DNA from: a virus
Lineage: Duplodnaviria > Caudoviricetes
Virus record (IMG/VR): IMGVR_UViG_3300032323_000661
Span: 1-56,368 of that record
Strand: one strand, 5' to 3'
DNA: 56,368 nt
Shown here: positions 1 through 9,215 of the stretch, piece by piece
How positions within the stretch are numbered: position 1 is the first letter of the stretch
How the letters are laid out: each line of letters begins with the position of its first letter
Notes under the pieces: model-generated
What the model saw: only the letters and a program-made list of their open reading frames with translations
What the model was told of the DNA's origin: nothing
Database searches by the model: none
Made by a program: the position numbers and the translations under genes

Positions 1-123
1 GAACTTCTGGATGTTGTTCGCCGCCTCGCTGGCAGTCAGCGTGTAGCTACCAGTCACTACGGGCTTGGTCAGCACGGTGAATGCGAAATTCGTGCTTACG
101 CCGTAGCCCACCGTGATGTAGGA
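1..123. repeat. Exact 123-bp direct repeat with 56246-56368 (circular assembly overlap)
   Basis: gaacttctgg...gatgtagga is identical at both ends, and a CDS reads in frame across the junction. Confidence 0.97.
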
Positions 124-822
124 GGAGCCGGTACACACGATGAACGCCGATTCCTCGGGCTGAAAGTTCTTTTGCGTCGTTCCGTCGATGATCTGGCCAC
201 CGGTCGTCTGCACTGTCAGCGTGCCCGTGCCCGAGTTCTTGAGCATCGTGAACCAGTTGTTCCCGAGCACCGCAGCGGTGGGGAGAGTCACAACACCAGC
301 GCCACCACTCCAGATGCAAACCTGCGCCCGTTGGCCACTGTTGAAGGTCGAAGGGGACGCGAGACCGGTCGCTGGGTGGCTCTGGTTCAGTGTCACCCCC
401 GAGGCGACGAGACCAAGACCCGCGAGAGTGGCCGCGTCCACCGCCGAGGACCCCGCACCGAATGCGATGATGCCCCAAGTGCCCTCGACTGTCGGGTTCG
501 CGGTGATGTAGATATACTTGGCCTCGCCCGGGGCAATCGACACGATTGTGTTTGTCCCCGCGTAATCCTCGACCACGAAGGTGTTCGCCCCGACGTTGCG
601 AATCATCGCGTCTTGACCCACCGAGGCCTGATTGGCCGGAGGCATGTACAACTGCAGACCCGGCGCGGTGGCGGTCACCTCCATGATACGCGCTGCGTAG
701 TCGTCGGTCGCGTTGCCGTTGATCGGCCACTGCAACTGAGTGTTCGCCGACAGCGTTATAGCACGAAAGGAGACGTCCGTGGGTTGGACGACGTTACCGG
801 TAAAAGGACTGTTGTAACTCAT
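1..822 (-). CDS. Tail/virion structural protein, 5' part (continues at 56245-55829; about 412 aa in total)
   Basis: ATG at 822 overlaps the upstream stop (ATGA). MSYNSPFTGNVVQPTDVSF... is open to base 1 and in frame with the 55829..56356 ORF. G/T/A/V-rich, beta-like composition. Missed by the ORF track. Confidence 0.85.
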   Translation of the reverse strand, partial: MSYNSPFTGNVVQPTDVSFRAITLSANTQLQWPINGNATDDYAARIMEVTATAPGLQLYMPPANQASVGQDAMIRNVGANTFVVEDYAGTNTIVSIAPGEAKYIYITANPTVEGTWGIIAFGAGSSAVDAATLAGLGLVASGVTLNQSHPATGLASPSTFNSGQRAQVCIWSGGAGVVTLPTAAVLGNNWFTMLKNSGTGTLTVQTTGGQIIDGTTQKNFQPEESAFIVCTGSSYITVGYGVSTNFAFTVLTKPVVTGSYTLTASEAANNIQKF

Positions 823-1454
823 GAATCCACCGCGATGGCTTGACGGTCAGCGATACGCAGCTTGTCTTCAGTCTTCAGCACCGCCATAATCTGGTTGTAC
901 TGATCCTGCCACATTGCGATGCGAGCGTCGTTTTTCAGAAATGGCATAGCCTGCAGCAATGTGCCGTACAGCAATGCCTGCGGAGCGTAAATCGTGAACC
1001 AGTTGGTCTGATTGCTTGAATCCAGCGGTTGCACCCGTTCGTAGTACAGTACTTCGAAGTTAAAGGGTGCGTTCGGGGTGGGGCCGATCAGCCAATGGGT
1101 GTAATCGTAATCACAAAAGAACTTCGGCACGTCCTGTAGGGCGGGGTCGGGCCAATAGTTCCGGATGTACTCGTACTTGCGCAGCAGCACCGGGCGGCGT
1201 TCACCGGCCACGGTAATGTTCATCGATACAGTCTTGTGCCACCGGGCGGGTTTATCGACGATATTCGACCCCTGCTCCAGCTGGCTCGCGGCCACAGTAA
1301 GGTTCCCAAGGAACTTGATCTGGCTAGCAATCACTTGCTCGGCCAGCATGATGAACGTAGGGATTTTTTGGAGGGTCGCCTGATCGGTACGCTCCAAGTA
1401 GCTGCTGATGTCTGCCACGAGCGAATCGTAGGTCATCACCGCTGCAGTAGTCAT
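819..1454 (-). CDS. Putative head-tail adaptor / tail tubular-type protein
   Basis: 211 aa with P.P...Y..E..YY and LLYGTLLQA motifs typical of podovirus-like adaptors; GGAGG RBS. Confidence 0.6.
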   Translation of the reverse strand: MTTAAVMTYDSLVADISSYLERTDQATLQKIPTFIMLAEQVIASQIKFLGNLTVAASQLEQGSNIVDKPARWHKTVSMNITVAGERRPVLLRKYEYIRNYWPDPALQDVPKFFCDYDYTHWLIGPTPNAPFNFEVLYYERVQPLDSSNQTNWFTIYAPQALLYGTLLQAMPFLKNDARIAMWQDQYNQIMAVLKTEDKLRIADRQAIAVDS

Positions 1455-1489
1455 TGAACCTCCTCCAACGGTTTGCGGCGTTGAACTAT

Positions 1490-1519
1490 ATTATACCATT
1501 TAAGTGCCATAGGGGTCAA
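1490..1519 (-). promoter_or_regulatory. sigma70-like promoter
   Basis: TTGACC-18 bp-TATAAT with extended TG, upstream of 819..1454. Confidence 0.65.
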
Positions 1520-2049
1520 TCTTTCGCCGGTCCGTCGCTCAAGAACAGGGCGATTTCGGCCTCCCGGCGTTTAACGAGCCCTGGGAGTACCCGACCGCCG
1601 CCCTTGGTCCATGCGCGAAACGCTTCGGCTGCGCCCGTCCAGTCCCCACGGTTCGCCCTCATGCGGATGGTGGAGCGCTGGAGATTACCTAGCCCGAAGT
1701 TAAAGGAAATAGAGACAAGAGCGTCGAAAGCGCCTTGACGCCCAGCCACACCGGGAACAAGACGAAGAACACCCCGTTCAAAAGTTCCGACGTCAGCGCG
1801 GAATAGTTCGTCGATCTCCGTTTTCGTCCAGACACGGTTGTCCTCCGGTTTTAAGGGCATCTCTTTGCGGATCATGGGGATGTCGGCTGTGGTCTTGCCC
1901 GGTGGCCGCACCACGGGGAGCCTAATCTGTTCTTGGTACAGGACGTGGCCATAGCCAATCGTCCAGATGTGCGCTGGGCAAAGGTAGGGCCGAGAGCGAA
2001 AGCCCTCGTACCGGTGCATTAGGTCTTCCCCCGCCTTGCTCAGCTTCAC
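1516..2049 (-). CDS. Endolysin, GH24 phage lysozyme
   Basis: EGFRSRPYLCPAHIWTIGYGH (E-x8-C-x5-T triad), FDALVSISFNFG, LPGLVKRREAEIALF. The GTG start at 2049 overlaps the upstream stop. Confidence 0.92.
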   Translation of the reverse strand: MKLSKAGEDLMHRYEGFRSRPYLCPAHIWTIGYGHVLYQEQIRLPVVRPPGKTTADIPMIRKEMPLKPEDNRVWTKTEIDELFRADVGTFERGVLRLVPGVAGRQGAFDALVSISFNFGLGNLQRSTIRMRANRGDWTGAAEAFRAWTKGGGRVLPGLVKRREAEIALFLSDGPAKD

Positions 2050-2549
2050 TTTTTGCCCCACTGACGGCTGCCGAACCAGAACCCGATGATCGCGCCCAGC
2101 ATCGCCATTTCGTCGCTGGAGAAGATCAGGTCGGAGTAGCGGATCACGTCGTCAATGCTGGTGATCAGCTCCGGTTGCTGGTACAGATACCAAGCCATGA
2201 AAGCGTTGATCGCCACCAGCTCCAGCACAAAGATGTAGGTCACGGTGGGCCGCACCGTACCCACGTAGTTGGTAACCCACTTGCTCGCGTTGTCTAAAAT
2301 CTTCTTGTCATGCTCAAGCGCAGCCTCAGTCATCCGGGCATCGGTCTCCATCGCTACCTGCTCAGTGCGAATCTCCTCGACACGGGCTTGGGCCGCAAAG
2401 CCAGCAGCGGCCAGTTGGAGTTCACGCTCGGTCTGGACCTGAGCCAGTCGCAGTTCGTGCGCTTGGTCAGCCCTGTTCTGGAAGTACTCCAGCAGCTTGG
2501 GCAAGCCGGAGATCAGCAAACCCCCGAGGGTTGAGAATAGTGATAGCAT
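2046..2549 (-). CDS. Holin-like membrane protein (3-TM type)
   Basis: Start MLSLFSTLGG at 2549; DQAHELRL, VRPTVTY and terminal IIGFWFGSR motifs; adjacent to the endolysin. Confidence 0.7.
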   Translation of the reverse strand: MLSLFSTLGGLLISGLPKLLEYFQNRADQAHELRLAQVQTERELQLAAAGFAAQARVEEIRTEQVAMETDARMTEAALEHDKKILDNASKWVTNYVGTVRPTVTYIFVLELVAINAFMAWYLYQQPELITSIDDVIRYSDLIFSSDEMAMLGAIIGFWFGSRQWGKK

Positions 2550-3166
2550 CAATGGCCCCTTTTCGTTAGCATAGCGCTGGCGATCTCCAGCATGAATCTC
2601 ACCTGTTCGACATCCTTTGGCGGCTCCGTCCACCCCACCGTAATTTGTCCCACGAAACGGTGACTATCTGGCGGTACACTCACCCGGCAGGTGTAAGCCA
2701 CACCCTTCTCCAAATACCACAAGCCCACTTCGGACTGCGCGTAGCGGTACTCCCCGCACGGGATCTCGTTGGTCATCAGCCGTACCACGTCCGCATTGTT
2801 GGCCGAGTTCTGACTAAACAGCCCCACGTCGATGTCCTCGATGGTCTTGTCCCGCCCATCCTTGGTGTAGGCTCGGTACAGCACCCGACTGTTGAACAGC
2901 GGGTTGACCTTGAAGACCGCCACCACCGTGGCCCCGGTCTTTTTGAGCAGCATCGAACTCGCATCATCAGCGCGCCCAGTGTTGATCTCCGGCAGCTTCT
3001 TGGACTCCTTGTAGGCGTCCCGCATGAACTCTTGATTCTGCCACAGGAAATACCCGGAGAACGCTACGACGCCCATCACAAGGATGGCAAATAGCTTGAA
3101 CGGCGAATCTACATACCCGAGCACTTTGTCGAGTGTGGTGTTGGCGTTCAACTTCTCGTCGCTCAT
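2549..3166 (-). CDS. Single-TM protein with periplasmic GAF-like domain; resembles T4 holin T
   Basis: N-terminal TM (FAILVMGVVAFSGYFLW) followed by TGATVVAVFKVNP...FVGQITVGW; lies in the lysis cluster. Confidence 0.5.
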   Translation of the reverse strand: MSDEKLNANTTLDKVLGYVDSPFKLFAILVMGVVAFSGYFLWQNQEFMRDAYKESKKLPEINTGRADDASSMLLKKTGATVVAVFKVNPLFNSRVLYRAYTKDGRDKTIEDIDVGLFSQNSANNADVVRLMTNEIPCGEYRYAQSEVGLWYLEKGVAYTCRVSVPPDSHRFVGQITVGWTEPPKDVEQVRFMLEIASAMLTKRGH

Positions 3167-3609
3167 CTCAAGTGCAGCATGTACAGAACGATACCATAAA
3201 TGATTAGGCCCGCAAGGATTACCGTGGCGATGCCAATGGCGACGTACTCAGCCAGCCGCTCCATCTTGGCCTTGCGCAGCTTCGCAGCTCTCTCTGCGGC
3301 CTCTTGCGCTTCCCGGCGCTTGCGGGCAGCGGCGGCTTGGAACTTTACCCAGTCATTCCACATGCCGGGACGCCCAGCGTACACCATACGTTCGCGCAGC
3401 TCCTCCTCTTGAAGTCGGAGTTGCTCCAGTGCCATGAACTCTTCGAGGTCGGAACCACCACCCTTCTTGGTGACGCTCTCCTGGATCTTCGCCTTATTGT
3501 CAAAGTAGTCGAATACCTTTGAGCCGAGGGCCGACAGTTCCTTGCCGTTGGCCAGTGCGGCTTTAATTACTGAGAAAGCCGCATTCGCTGCCGCGATTTC
3601 TGCCAACAT
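3163..3609 (-). CDS. Coiled-coil protein with C-terminal TM helix (lysis cluster)
   Basis: 148 aa, helical, ends in hydrophobic VAIGIATVILAGLIIYGIVLY; translationally coupled to the next gene. Confidence 0.7.
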   Translation of the reverse strand: MLAEIAAANAAFSVIKAALANGKELSALGSKVFDYFDNKAKIQESVTKKGGGSDLEEFMALEQLRLQEEELRERMVYAGRPGMWNDWVKFQAAAARKRREAQEAAERAAKLRKAKMERLAEYVAIGIATVILAGLIIYGIVLYMLHLR

Positions 3610-3613
3610 ACTA

Positions 3614-3706
3614 CTACCTCAACAGCGGAACGAGAACGTGGACGCACCAAAGGATGAGTCCGACGACTAGGACCGCAGCGATGAAGCTTACGGCCCAGTC
3701 TCTCAT
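3614..3706 (-). CDS. 30-aa membrane peptide
   Basis: MRDWAVSFIAAVLVVGLILWCVHVLVPLLR* fills the gap between its neighbours; below the ORF-track cut-off. Confidence 0.55.
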   Translation of the reverse strand: MRDWAVSFIAAVLVVGLILWCVHVLVPLLR

Positions 3707-3708
3707 AG

Positions 3709-3909
3709 TCAGAGTCCCAGGATCTTTTTAACGAATTCAGCCGCCACACCCGGGCCAAGCAAAACGGCACCAATAGTGATGTAGAGCAGCACCTCGATGG
3801 TCTTCATGCGCTTTTTGCCCGCATCGAGTGACTCGTTGATCTTCTCGTAACGGGCGGCGCAAACGGCTTCATGAACTGACATACGGGTATCCATCGATTC
3901 CTCGGTCAT
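3709..3909 (-). CDS. Small coiled-coil/TM protein (XhlA-like, lysis-associated)
   Basis: HEAVCAARY motif, coiled coil, C-terminal TM. Confidence 0.6.
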   Translation of the reverse strand: MTEESMDTRMSVHEAVCAARYEKINESLDAGKKRMKTIEVLLYITIGAVLLGPGVAAEFVKKILGL

Positions 3910-3911
3910 AA

Positions 3912-4175
3912 TCAAGCCCCATCAGCGGGTGCCTCAGGTGCAGCGTCCTCGACGGGTTCTGCGACCGGGGCCTCGGGTTGTGGTGGCGTGTACTGAACTG
4001 TGCCCTCGACGTCCTTGATAGTGCCGTCCTCTTCGATTGTCCACCCCGGCTCTACCGAGATGGGCGTCTCGACCGACGCCGCAATAATGCTGGGATGGAA
4101 GCACTGCTCGACTGAGAATCCCGGCACTGCGTTCAGGATCTCGGCCACTGTTTGATTTACAAGACGTACTCGCAT
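3912..4175 (-). CDS. Small acidic protein, probable tail-fibre assembly chaperone
   Basis: Follows the Gly-rich fibre gene; V.PGW motif; ATG at 4175. Confidence 0.45.
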   Translation of the reverse strand: MRVRLVNQTVAEILNAVPGFSVEQCFHPSIIAASVETPISVEPGWTIEEDGTIKDVEGTVQYTPPQPEAPVAEPVEDAAPEAPADGA

Positions 4176-4176
4176 T

Positions 4177-4905
4177 TCAATACTCCACAATCACAAGACC
4201 TGCTGCGCCTGATGCGCTGGTGCCGCCGCCGCCACCGGGGAAACCACCGGGGCCACTAGGACCACCACCGCCACCGTTAAAACCTGATTGGTTGTTGGTG
4301 CCACCACCACCGGGGCCGGTGCCGATAAGATCTATGGAGAAACTTCCACCGAACGAAACCGCGCTAGAAGCACCGCCACCAAGACCAGACGATGTGAGAC
4401 CAGACGCGCCTATTTCACCCGCGCTTGAAGAGCCGCCACCCGACGCGGAAGATGTGCGATTTGGTATCGCACCACCGTTACCACCGTTGCCCCACAAACT
4501 AGCTACACCCCCGCCACCAGAGCCGCTGCTCGCCCCGCCAGTGGTGTTCACATCACCACCAACGCCGAACCCGCCGACACCACCGCTGCCTTGAGCACCA
4601 CCCGTTGCCGAAACGAGCGTACCGAATGAAGACGTGCCACCAGCGGTTCCTGCACTACTGCCGCCCACTGTAACCCCAACTGAGGTGATGCCGAGACCAG
4701 CTAGGTTGAAAATAGTACGCATGGCGAACCCGCCACCACCGCCGCCACCACCGCCACCGCCACCCCATACCCGCACACGGACGTTATTCACTCCGGGCGG
4801 TATAGTAAAAGTGCCACTTACGCCATAAACTTGAACTTGACCGAAACCAAACACACCCGAGCCGGGCATGGAATTAGAGACGATTGCTTGAGTCGGGTAC
4901 GCCAT
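4177..4905 (-). CDS. Glycine-rich tail-fibre-associated protein
   Basis: SGTFTIPPGVNNVRVRVWGGGGGG...GTSSFG...GLVIVEY is a classic phage Gly-rich domain. Confidence 0.8.
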   Translation of the reverse strand: MAYPTQAIVSNSMPGSGVFGFGQVQVYGVSGTFTIPPGVNNVRVRVWGGGGGGGGGGGGFAMRTIFNLAGLGITSVGVTVGGSSAGTAGGTSSFGTLVSATGGAQGSGGVGGFGVGGDVNTTGGASSGSGGGGVASLWGNGGNGGAIPNRTSSASGGGSSSAGEIGASGLTSSGLGGGASSAVSFGGSFSIDLIGTGPGGGGTNNQSGFNGGGGGPSGPGGFPGGGGGTSASGAAGLVIVEY

Positions 4906-7730
4906 TATTTGCCTCCAGAAAGAATCACGTTGCGACCAGAGATAGTGCCGCGTATACCGACATCAAGCGCAGGAGTGTTGAAGTCGAACGCCTGCGATGT
5001 GGTACCAGCGGGATATTGGGAATTCAAGGTGGCCGCGCCATTCACTTGCAAGACTCCCGTACCACCCGCCGCACATTCCGAGGCCGACACACCAGCGAGG
5101 CAGTAACCATTCGAGGGCGACGGAATCAGTGCGGTGTTGGATGCTGTTACACCCGCCGTAATGTTAGTGGTATATGTCGAAGCTACAGTACACAACAACC
5201 CGACTCTAATCGAGCCAGAAGAGTTGCTGCCGCCATCAATGAAAGCAAAGGCGTAAATGTTGTCGTAAAGATTCACGATTTGAGCCTGCGAACCACAAGT
5301 AGTATTAGTGTTTTGGCCAGTGATCGTCAGACCTGTACCGTCGATCGAGACGTTGCTGTTGGGGGCAACGTTGCCACCAGCGGCAAACTGAGAGGCAGAC
5401 GGGGAATACCGGTACCAAGCTGGGCTACCATCGATGCGAATCATCACTACCTCGCCATTTTGTCCAACACAAGGATTAGCAGCGTTGTAATCCACGCTAC
5501 CGATAGCTGTCGTTAAGTTGCCGCCTCCGGGTGTGGATTTAGCGACCCTTCTCGAACCACCAGCGCTAGTTGCTCCGACCACGGTGCCGTATGGAGTCAT
5601 CACACAACCCTCGCCGTAATTCTGCGTGCTATAACCGGAGCTGTTAACAGAACTCACTTGAAAGAAGTACAGTGAATTCGTGGTGGCATTGCGAGTGAAG
5701 TATTGCGTGTAACCCGTAGATTGAGAAGTCGCATAATGTCTAATCGCCACATCCCCTGCAGCGTCTGATGCAATGCGGATATTTTGGTTACCGCCGAAAG
5801 CGTCACCATTTACCAATGCTTGGAAAACGGCAGAGTCGTCGTAAACTAACACACAAACAGAACCATTGCTGTTGTTGTTGATCCCTACCACGAAAGAATC
5901 GTTGCCGAATGGTGCAATGTCGTGTCCGGCGCTGCTGTTCCAACTACCGACATCGGAGAAACCTCCCCCAGCAGAAACCCCTGTGGCCAACAAAACGTAG
6001 GTATTGGCTGCGTAAACCGCGAAATTAACCGTGCTGGAGTTGGTGCACCAAGACACCACTAGCTTGCCATTGCCGAGGCAAGTGCAGCGCACGAGTTGTG
6101 CCGCAGCATTCGTTGCAACAGTAGTCGTAGAAATCAGCGTTCCACTAGGGTTGAAGACAGAGAAAGATACAACGTTCAATGTATTTCTGTAAGCGATTAC
6201 GAACTGACCATTGGTCATGTCGGTCAAGGCCATCGAATTGATGTTGCCACCCCCAATTGCCGTATAAGGAGCGAGGACGAACGTAGATCCACTGGAAACC
6301 GGTACGTTAAGCGTCAGCGTTTGGGTGGTTGCGGCCAAGAAAGAAGCGGAATTCGGAGTGGAGGCAGATCTCGCATAACCAGAAACCGCAGCGCTAACAG
6401 CACCTACAGAGGAATTCGCCGCAAATCTACGCCGTATACCGGTCGCAGTCACATTGGTTTTATTAACCTGAATGTAGGGCATCGAATGGTATGTGTAACC
6501 CGTGGACACGTAACTGTTGTCAATCAGGGTGAGAAATGTACTGCCCTCAAGGATCGTAATCCTCTGGTTACGCCCCGCTTGAGTAGCTGCAAAATACCCC
6601 GGCAATCCGACCAACTCAACAGATGAAACTACAGCCGAGGCTGCGCTTAGCCGCCTTAAAATCACAGTTCCGGTACTGGGCACACATGTTGTCGCCACGT
6701 AACCACCCCCGGACAGGGCGTAGCCATTGACTGTTTGCTGGAAGGCTTCTAAATTTGTCACAACACCGGACACAGCGCCGGTTGATTGGTTATAGGTCCT
6801 AACTGCAGCGAAAAAAGATGAACTATCTATCGAAAGAACTATACCCAAGCCTGTACTTAGAGTAATAAAATCATAGCCCGTGCTGCTAGACCAATCCGAC
6901 TGCACCGAATATGTTGCGACAAAACCACCAGTGTTATCAAACCGAGAGATGCTCAAAGATGAGCTACCAACTGGGTACAGTGCGGCAAAAGTGTTGTCGC
7001 TGAATGTAGTGACCACAATTTGTGAATCGCTGTTCCACCCGCTAACAGTCGAGGACGTACCACCGACACCGACACTGGAAAACACCCGGAAGCGGTAATT
7101 AGAAGACACTTGGGTGGCAATGACGTAGCCACCACCAGACAACGCCCGAATTTCGAGAGTACCGAAGCCTGTCCCTAATGTGGCATCCTGCGCAATAGCT
7201 GTGACTACCGCGCCTGTATTCGAATAAACGCCGTGAGCTATTCCATCACTGGTAGTGTTGCGGAAAGCTACCGCGAACCCACCACCGGTAAGTGCGCATA
7301 CCCCGATAAGACCTTGGTTAGAAATGTTCAAAGACCCGATTTGGGTCCTATCCACTACGATTGCCCCGCTTTGGTCGATTATTTTGAAGTATGCAGGAGA
7401 GCCGCCACTTGAAAGGTGTTCGCCATACACTACAACGATGTTACCGTTGGTTAGTGTCGCAGCACTCGTAGCGCGGGTGTTGGTGGAGCCTGTCCGGGTG
7501 TTCGGATTGTAATTCGCCCAGTTAACCGTGGCGTTGAATGCTATCTGATTTTGAGTTACGTCAGCATTGATTGGAAAGTTGGCGCTTGTCACTGCGTTTC
7601 CGGGGATCGTTCCGAAGTTGCTGTCGCGGAAGTAAACCAGATCGCCCGACTGAAAACCAGCCGTAGATGAAACGGAAGAATATGCGGGTGTCAGCGTGGT
7701 GTTGGGGACTGGAGGAGTGATGCGAGACAT
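4905..7730 (-). CDS. Large tail fibre / receptor-binding protein
   Basis: 941 aa, S/T/G/N-rich, repeated L.(G/N)G.(F/Y)(V/A)(V/I) blade-like motifs; tail module. Confidence 0.7.
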   Translation of the reverse strand: MSRITPPVPNTTLTPAYSSVSSTAGFQSGDLVYFRDSNFGTIPGNAVTSANFPINADVTQNQIAFNATVNWANYNPNTRTGSTNTRATSAATLTNGNIVVVYGEHLSSGGSPAYFKIIDQSGAIVVDRTQIGSLNISNQGLIGVCALTGGGFAVAFRNTTSDGIAHGVYSNTGAVVTAIAQDATLGTGFGTLEIRALSGGGYVIATQVSSNYRFRVFSSVGVGGTSSTVSGWNSDSQIVVTTFSDNTFAALYPVGSSSLSISRFDNTGGFVATYSVQSDWSSSTGYDFITLSTGLGIVLSIDSSSFFAAVRTYNQSTGAVSGVVTNLEAFQQTVNGYALSGGGYVATTCVPSTGTVILRRLSAASAVVSSVELVGLPGYFAATQAGRNQRITILEGSTFLTLIDNSYVSTGYTYHSMPYIQVNKTNVTATGIRRRFAANSSVGAVSAAVSGYARSASTPNSASFLAATTQTLTLNVPVSSGSTFVLAPYTAIGGGNINSMALTDMTNGQFVIAYRNTLNVVSFSVFNPSGTLISTTTVATNAAAQLVRCTCLGNGKLVVSWCTNSSTVNFAVYAANTYVLLATGVSAGGGFSDVGSWNSSAGHDIAPFGNDSFVVGINNNSNGSVCVLVYDDSAVFQALVNGDAFGGNQNIRIASDAAGDVAIRHYATSQSTGYTQYFTRNATTNSLYFFQVSSVNSSGYSTQNYGEGCVMTPYGTVVGATSAGGSRRVAKSTPGGGNLTTAIGSVDYNAANPCVGQNGEVVMIRIDGSPAWYRYSPSASQFAAGGNVAPNSNVSIDGTGLTITGQNTNTTCGSQAQIVNLYDNIYAFAFIDGGSNSSGSIRVGLLCTVASTYTTNITAGVTASNTALIPSPSNGYCLAGVSASECAAGGTGVLQVNGAATLNSQYPAGTTSQAFDFNTPALDVGIRGTISGRNVILSGGK

Positions 7731-7734
7731 AGTA

Positions 7735-8046
7735 TTACCCTTCGAAACCGTAGACGCTCACGGAGCAGTTAGAAGTGGAGCAGTTGGCGACCACACGTTT
7801 TGCGGCCTCAGCGACAAGGCCTCCTCGTTCAAGTACGCCCCCCGGAGGTAGGACGGTCTGGAACTCGATGAATTCGCTGGCCGTAGGTGGTACGGACGCT
7901 GCAAGCGCCAGATTCACCGCCGCAGAGCTTGAGCCAGTGTTGACCACGGAGATGTTGAACGTAGCGAACGTGGCCGCAGGCACGATGTACACAGTGGCGT
8001 TGGTGTTCGCTGTTGGGTTGGCTTGTCCGAGAATTCCAGTTGGCAT
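7735..8046 (-). CDS. Small tail-associated beta-sandwich protein
   Basis: 103 aa; YIVPA...VVNTG...SVYGFEG pattern common next to fibre genes. Confidence 0.6.
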   Translation of the reverse strand: MPTGILGQANPTANTNATVYIVPAATFATFNISVVNTGSSSAAVNLALAASVPPTASEFIEFQTVLPPGGVLERGGLVAEAAKRVVANCSTSNCSVSVYGFEG

Positions 8047-8055
8047 ATTCTTTCC

Positions 8056-8931
8056 TTAGAACTGGGCGCAAAAATAAACGAAGGATTTCGACACTGCTGG
8101 CACTTGGTCTTGCCATACTGGAGCCGTTCCTGCGCCTTGGCTGGTGAGCACCTGACCAGCGTTGCCAGTGGGCAGAAAATCGGTGTTGCCCGGTGCAGTT
8201 TGGTACAGGATCTGGTTCGCCGTTCCACCCGCAACGTCAACTGCAGACCCAGCGGAGCCAGCGGTGGCGGCGAAGTTGACCGAGAGTCCGCTTGGATTCG
8301 TCCACGTTGGAGCAGCAGCACCACCGGAGGTGAGCAGGAATCCGGCAGTGCCCGTAGGTGTGAATGCGGTGTCACCCGGAGCGACTTGGTAGGGCACGGA
8401 ACCGGCAGTGCCACCGGCCAAGTCAATCGCGGAGGTTGCAGCAGGTGCCGCCGCCCACACAAAAGCGCTTCCGTTCCAACTCAGCACAAAGCCCGGAGTA
8501 GTCGGAGCTACGACGAACGAGGTGGAATCCGGCGCATTCTGGAACAGGATCTGGTTTGCCACCCCGCCCAAGATGTCCGAAGTCTCGCCCGAGGCGTCTG
8601 CGTAGCCTACCGACACGCTGGAAGGGTTGACGTACTGCGGAGCGGTTGCCCCCGCCGTCAAGATCCAGTTGGTCGTGCCCAGCGTCAGGTAGGCGGTGTT
8701 GCCCATAGTCGCTTGGTACACCAGCGTACCAGTACCGCCACCGGGGAGGTTACCCGTAGCCGAGGACGAATCGGCCAGCACCTTGACGACACCCGCCGCA
8801 TTCTTGAAGAATAGCTTCTCGTCGAGGATGTTGATTGCCAACTCGCCGACTTGCATGCGGGGCGCAGTCGGCGTCGCTCCATTCGTTGTGCTGTAGTACA
8901 GCTGTACCGGTGTGAATCCTATCTGTGCCAT
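8056..8931 (-). CDS. Proximal tail fibre with ~55-aa repeats
   Basis: N-terminal GELAINILDEKLFFKN motif; four repeats of GG.A.QI.(Y/F)Q.APG.T.F...G..L...G...P.W. Confidence 0.75.
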   Translation of the reverse strand: MAQIGFTPVQLYYSTTNGATPTAPRMQVGELAINILDEKLFFKNAAGVVKVLADSSSATGNLPGGGTGTLVYQATMGNTAYLTLGTTNWILTAGATAPQYVNPSSVSVGYADASGETSDILGGVANQILFQNAPDSTSFVVAPTTPGFVLSWNGSAFVWAAAPAATSAIDLAGGTAGSVPYQVAPGDTAFTPTGTAGFLLTSGGAAAPTWTNPSGLSVNFAATAGSAGSAVDVAGGTANQILYQTAPGNTDFLPTGNAGQVLTSQGAGTAPVWQDQVPAVSKSFVYFCAQF

Positions 8932-8936
8932 GCTTT

Positions 8937-9212
8937 TTATTCCTCCACAATCCCGCCGTACGGAATACCGGGGCCGGACAGGTTATTGAGTGCCACGTCG
9001 GGACGGGCGAAGCGCAGGTTAATGCGCTCGGTCTGCCGAGCCGGGAGCCGGTAGGGATCGAATTGGTCGCGACAGCCACGCTCGGCGCAGACCCGCAGAC
9101 CCGGAAAATTGGGGTCCGAGACCAGCGAGACGAAGGAGACCTTCATCTTGCAGCGGTCGCACACACCGATGGCGATGTTGGCGAGTCCGGTGGTGTCGAG
9201 AAATACCGGCAT
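8937..9212 (-). CDS. Small Cys-containing conserved phage protein
   Basis: CDRC...VC...C.DQFDP...RPD motif. Confidence 0.65.
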   Translation of the reverse strand: MPVFLDTTGLANIAIGVCDRCKMKVSFVSLVSDPNFPGLRVCAERGCRDQFDPYRLPARQTERINLRFARPDVALNNLSGPGIPYGGIVEE

Positions 9213-9215
9213 CGC

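Noticed and set aside
1-123. Physical direct terminal repeat
   Set aside because: It falls in the middle of a tail gene that reads through the junction, which is typical of an assembler overlap on a circular contig.
4200-4770. (CCA/CCG)n tracts and the Pro-rich + strand ORFs
   Set aside because: They are the antisense image of poly-Gly codons in the tail protein.
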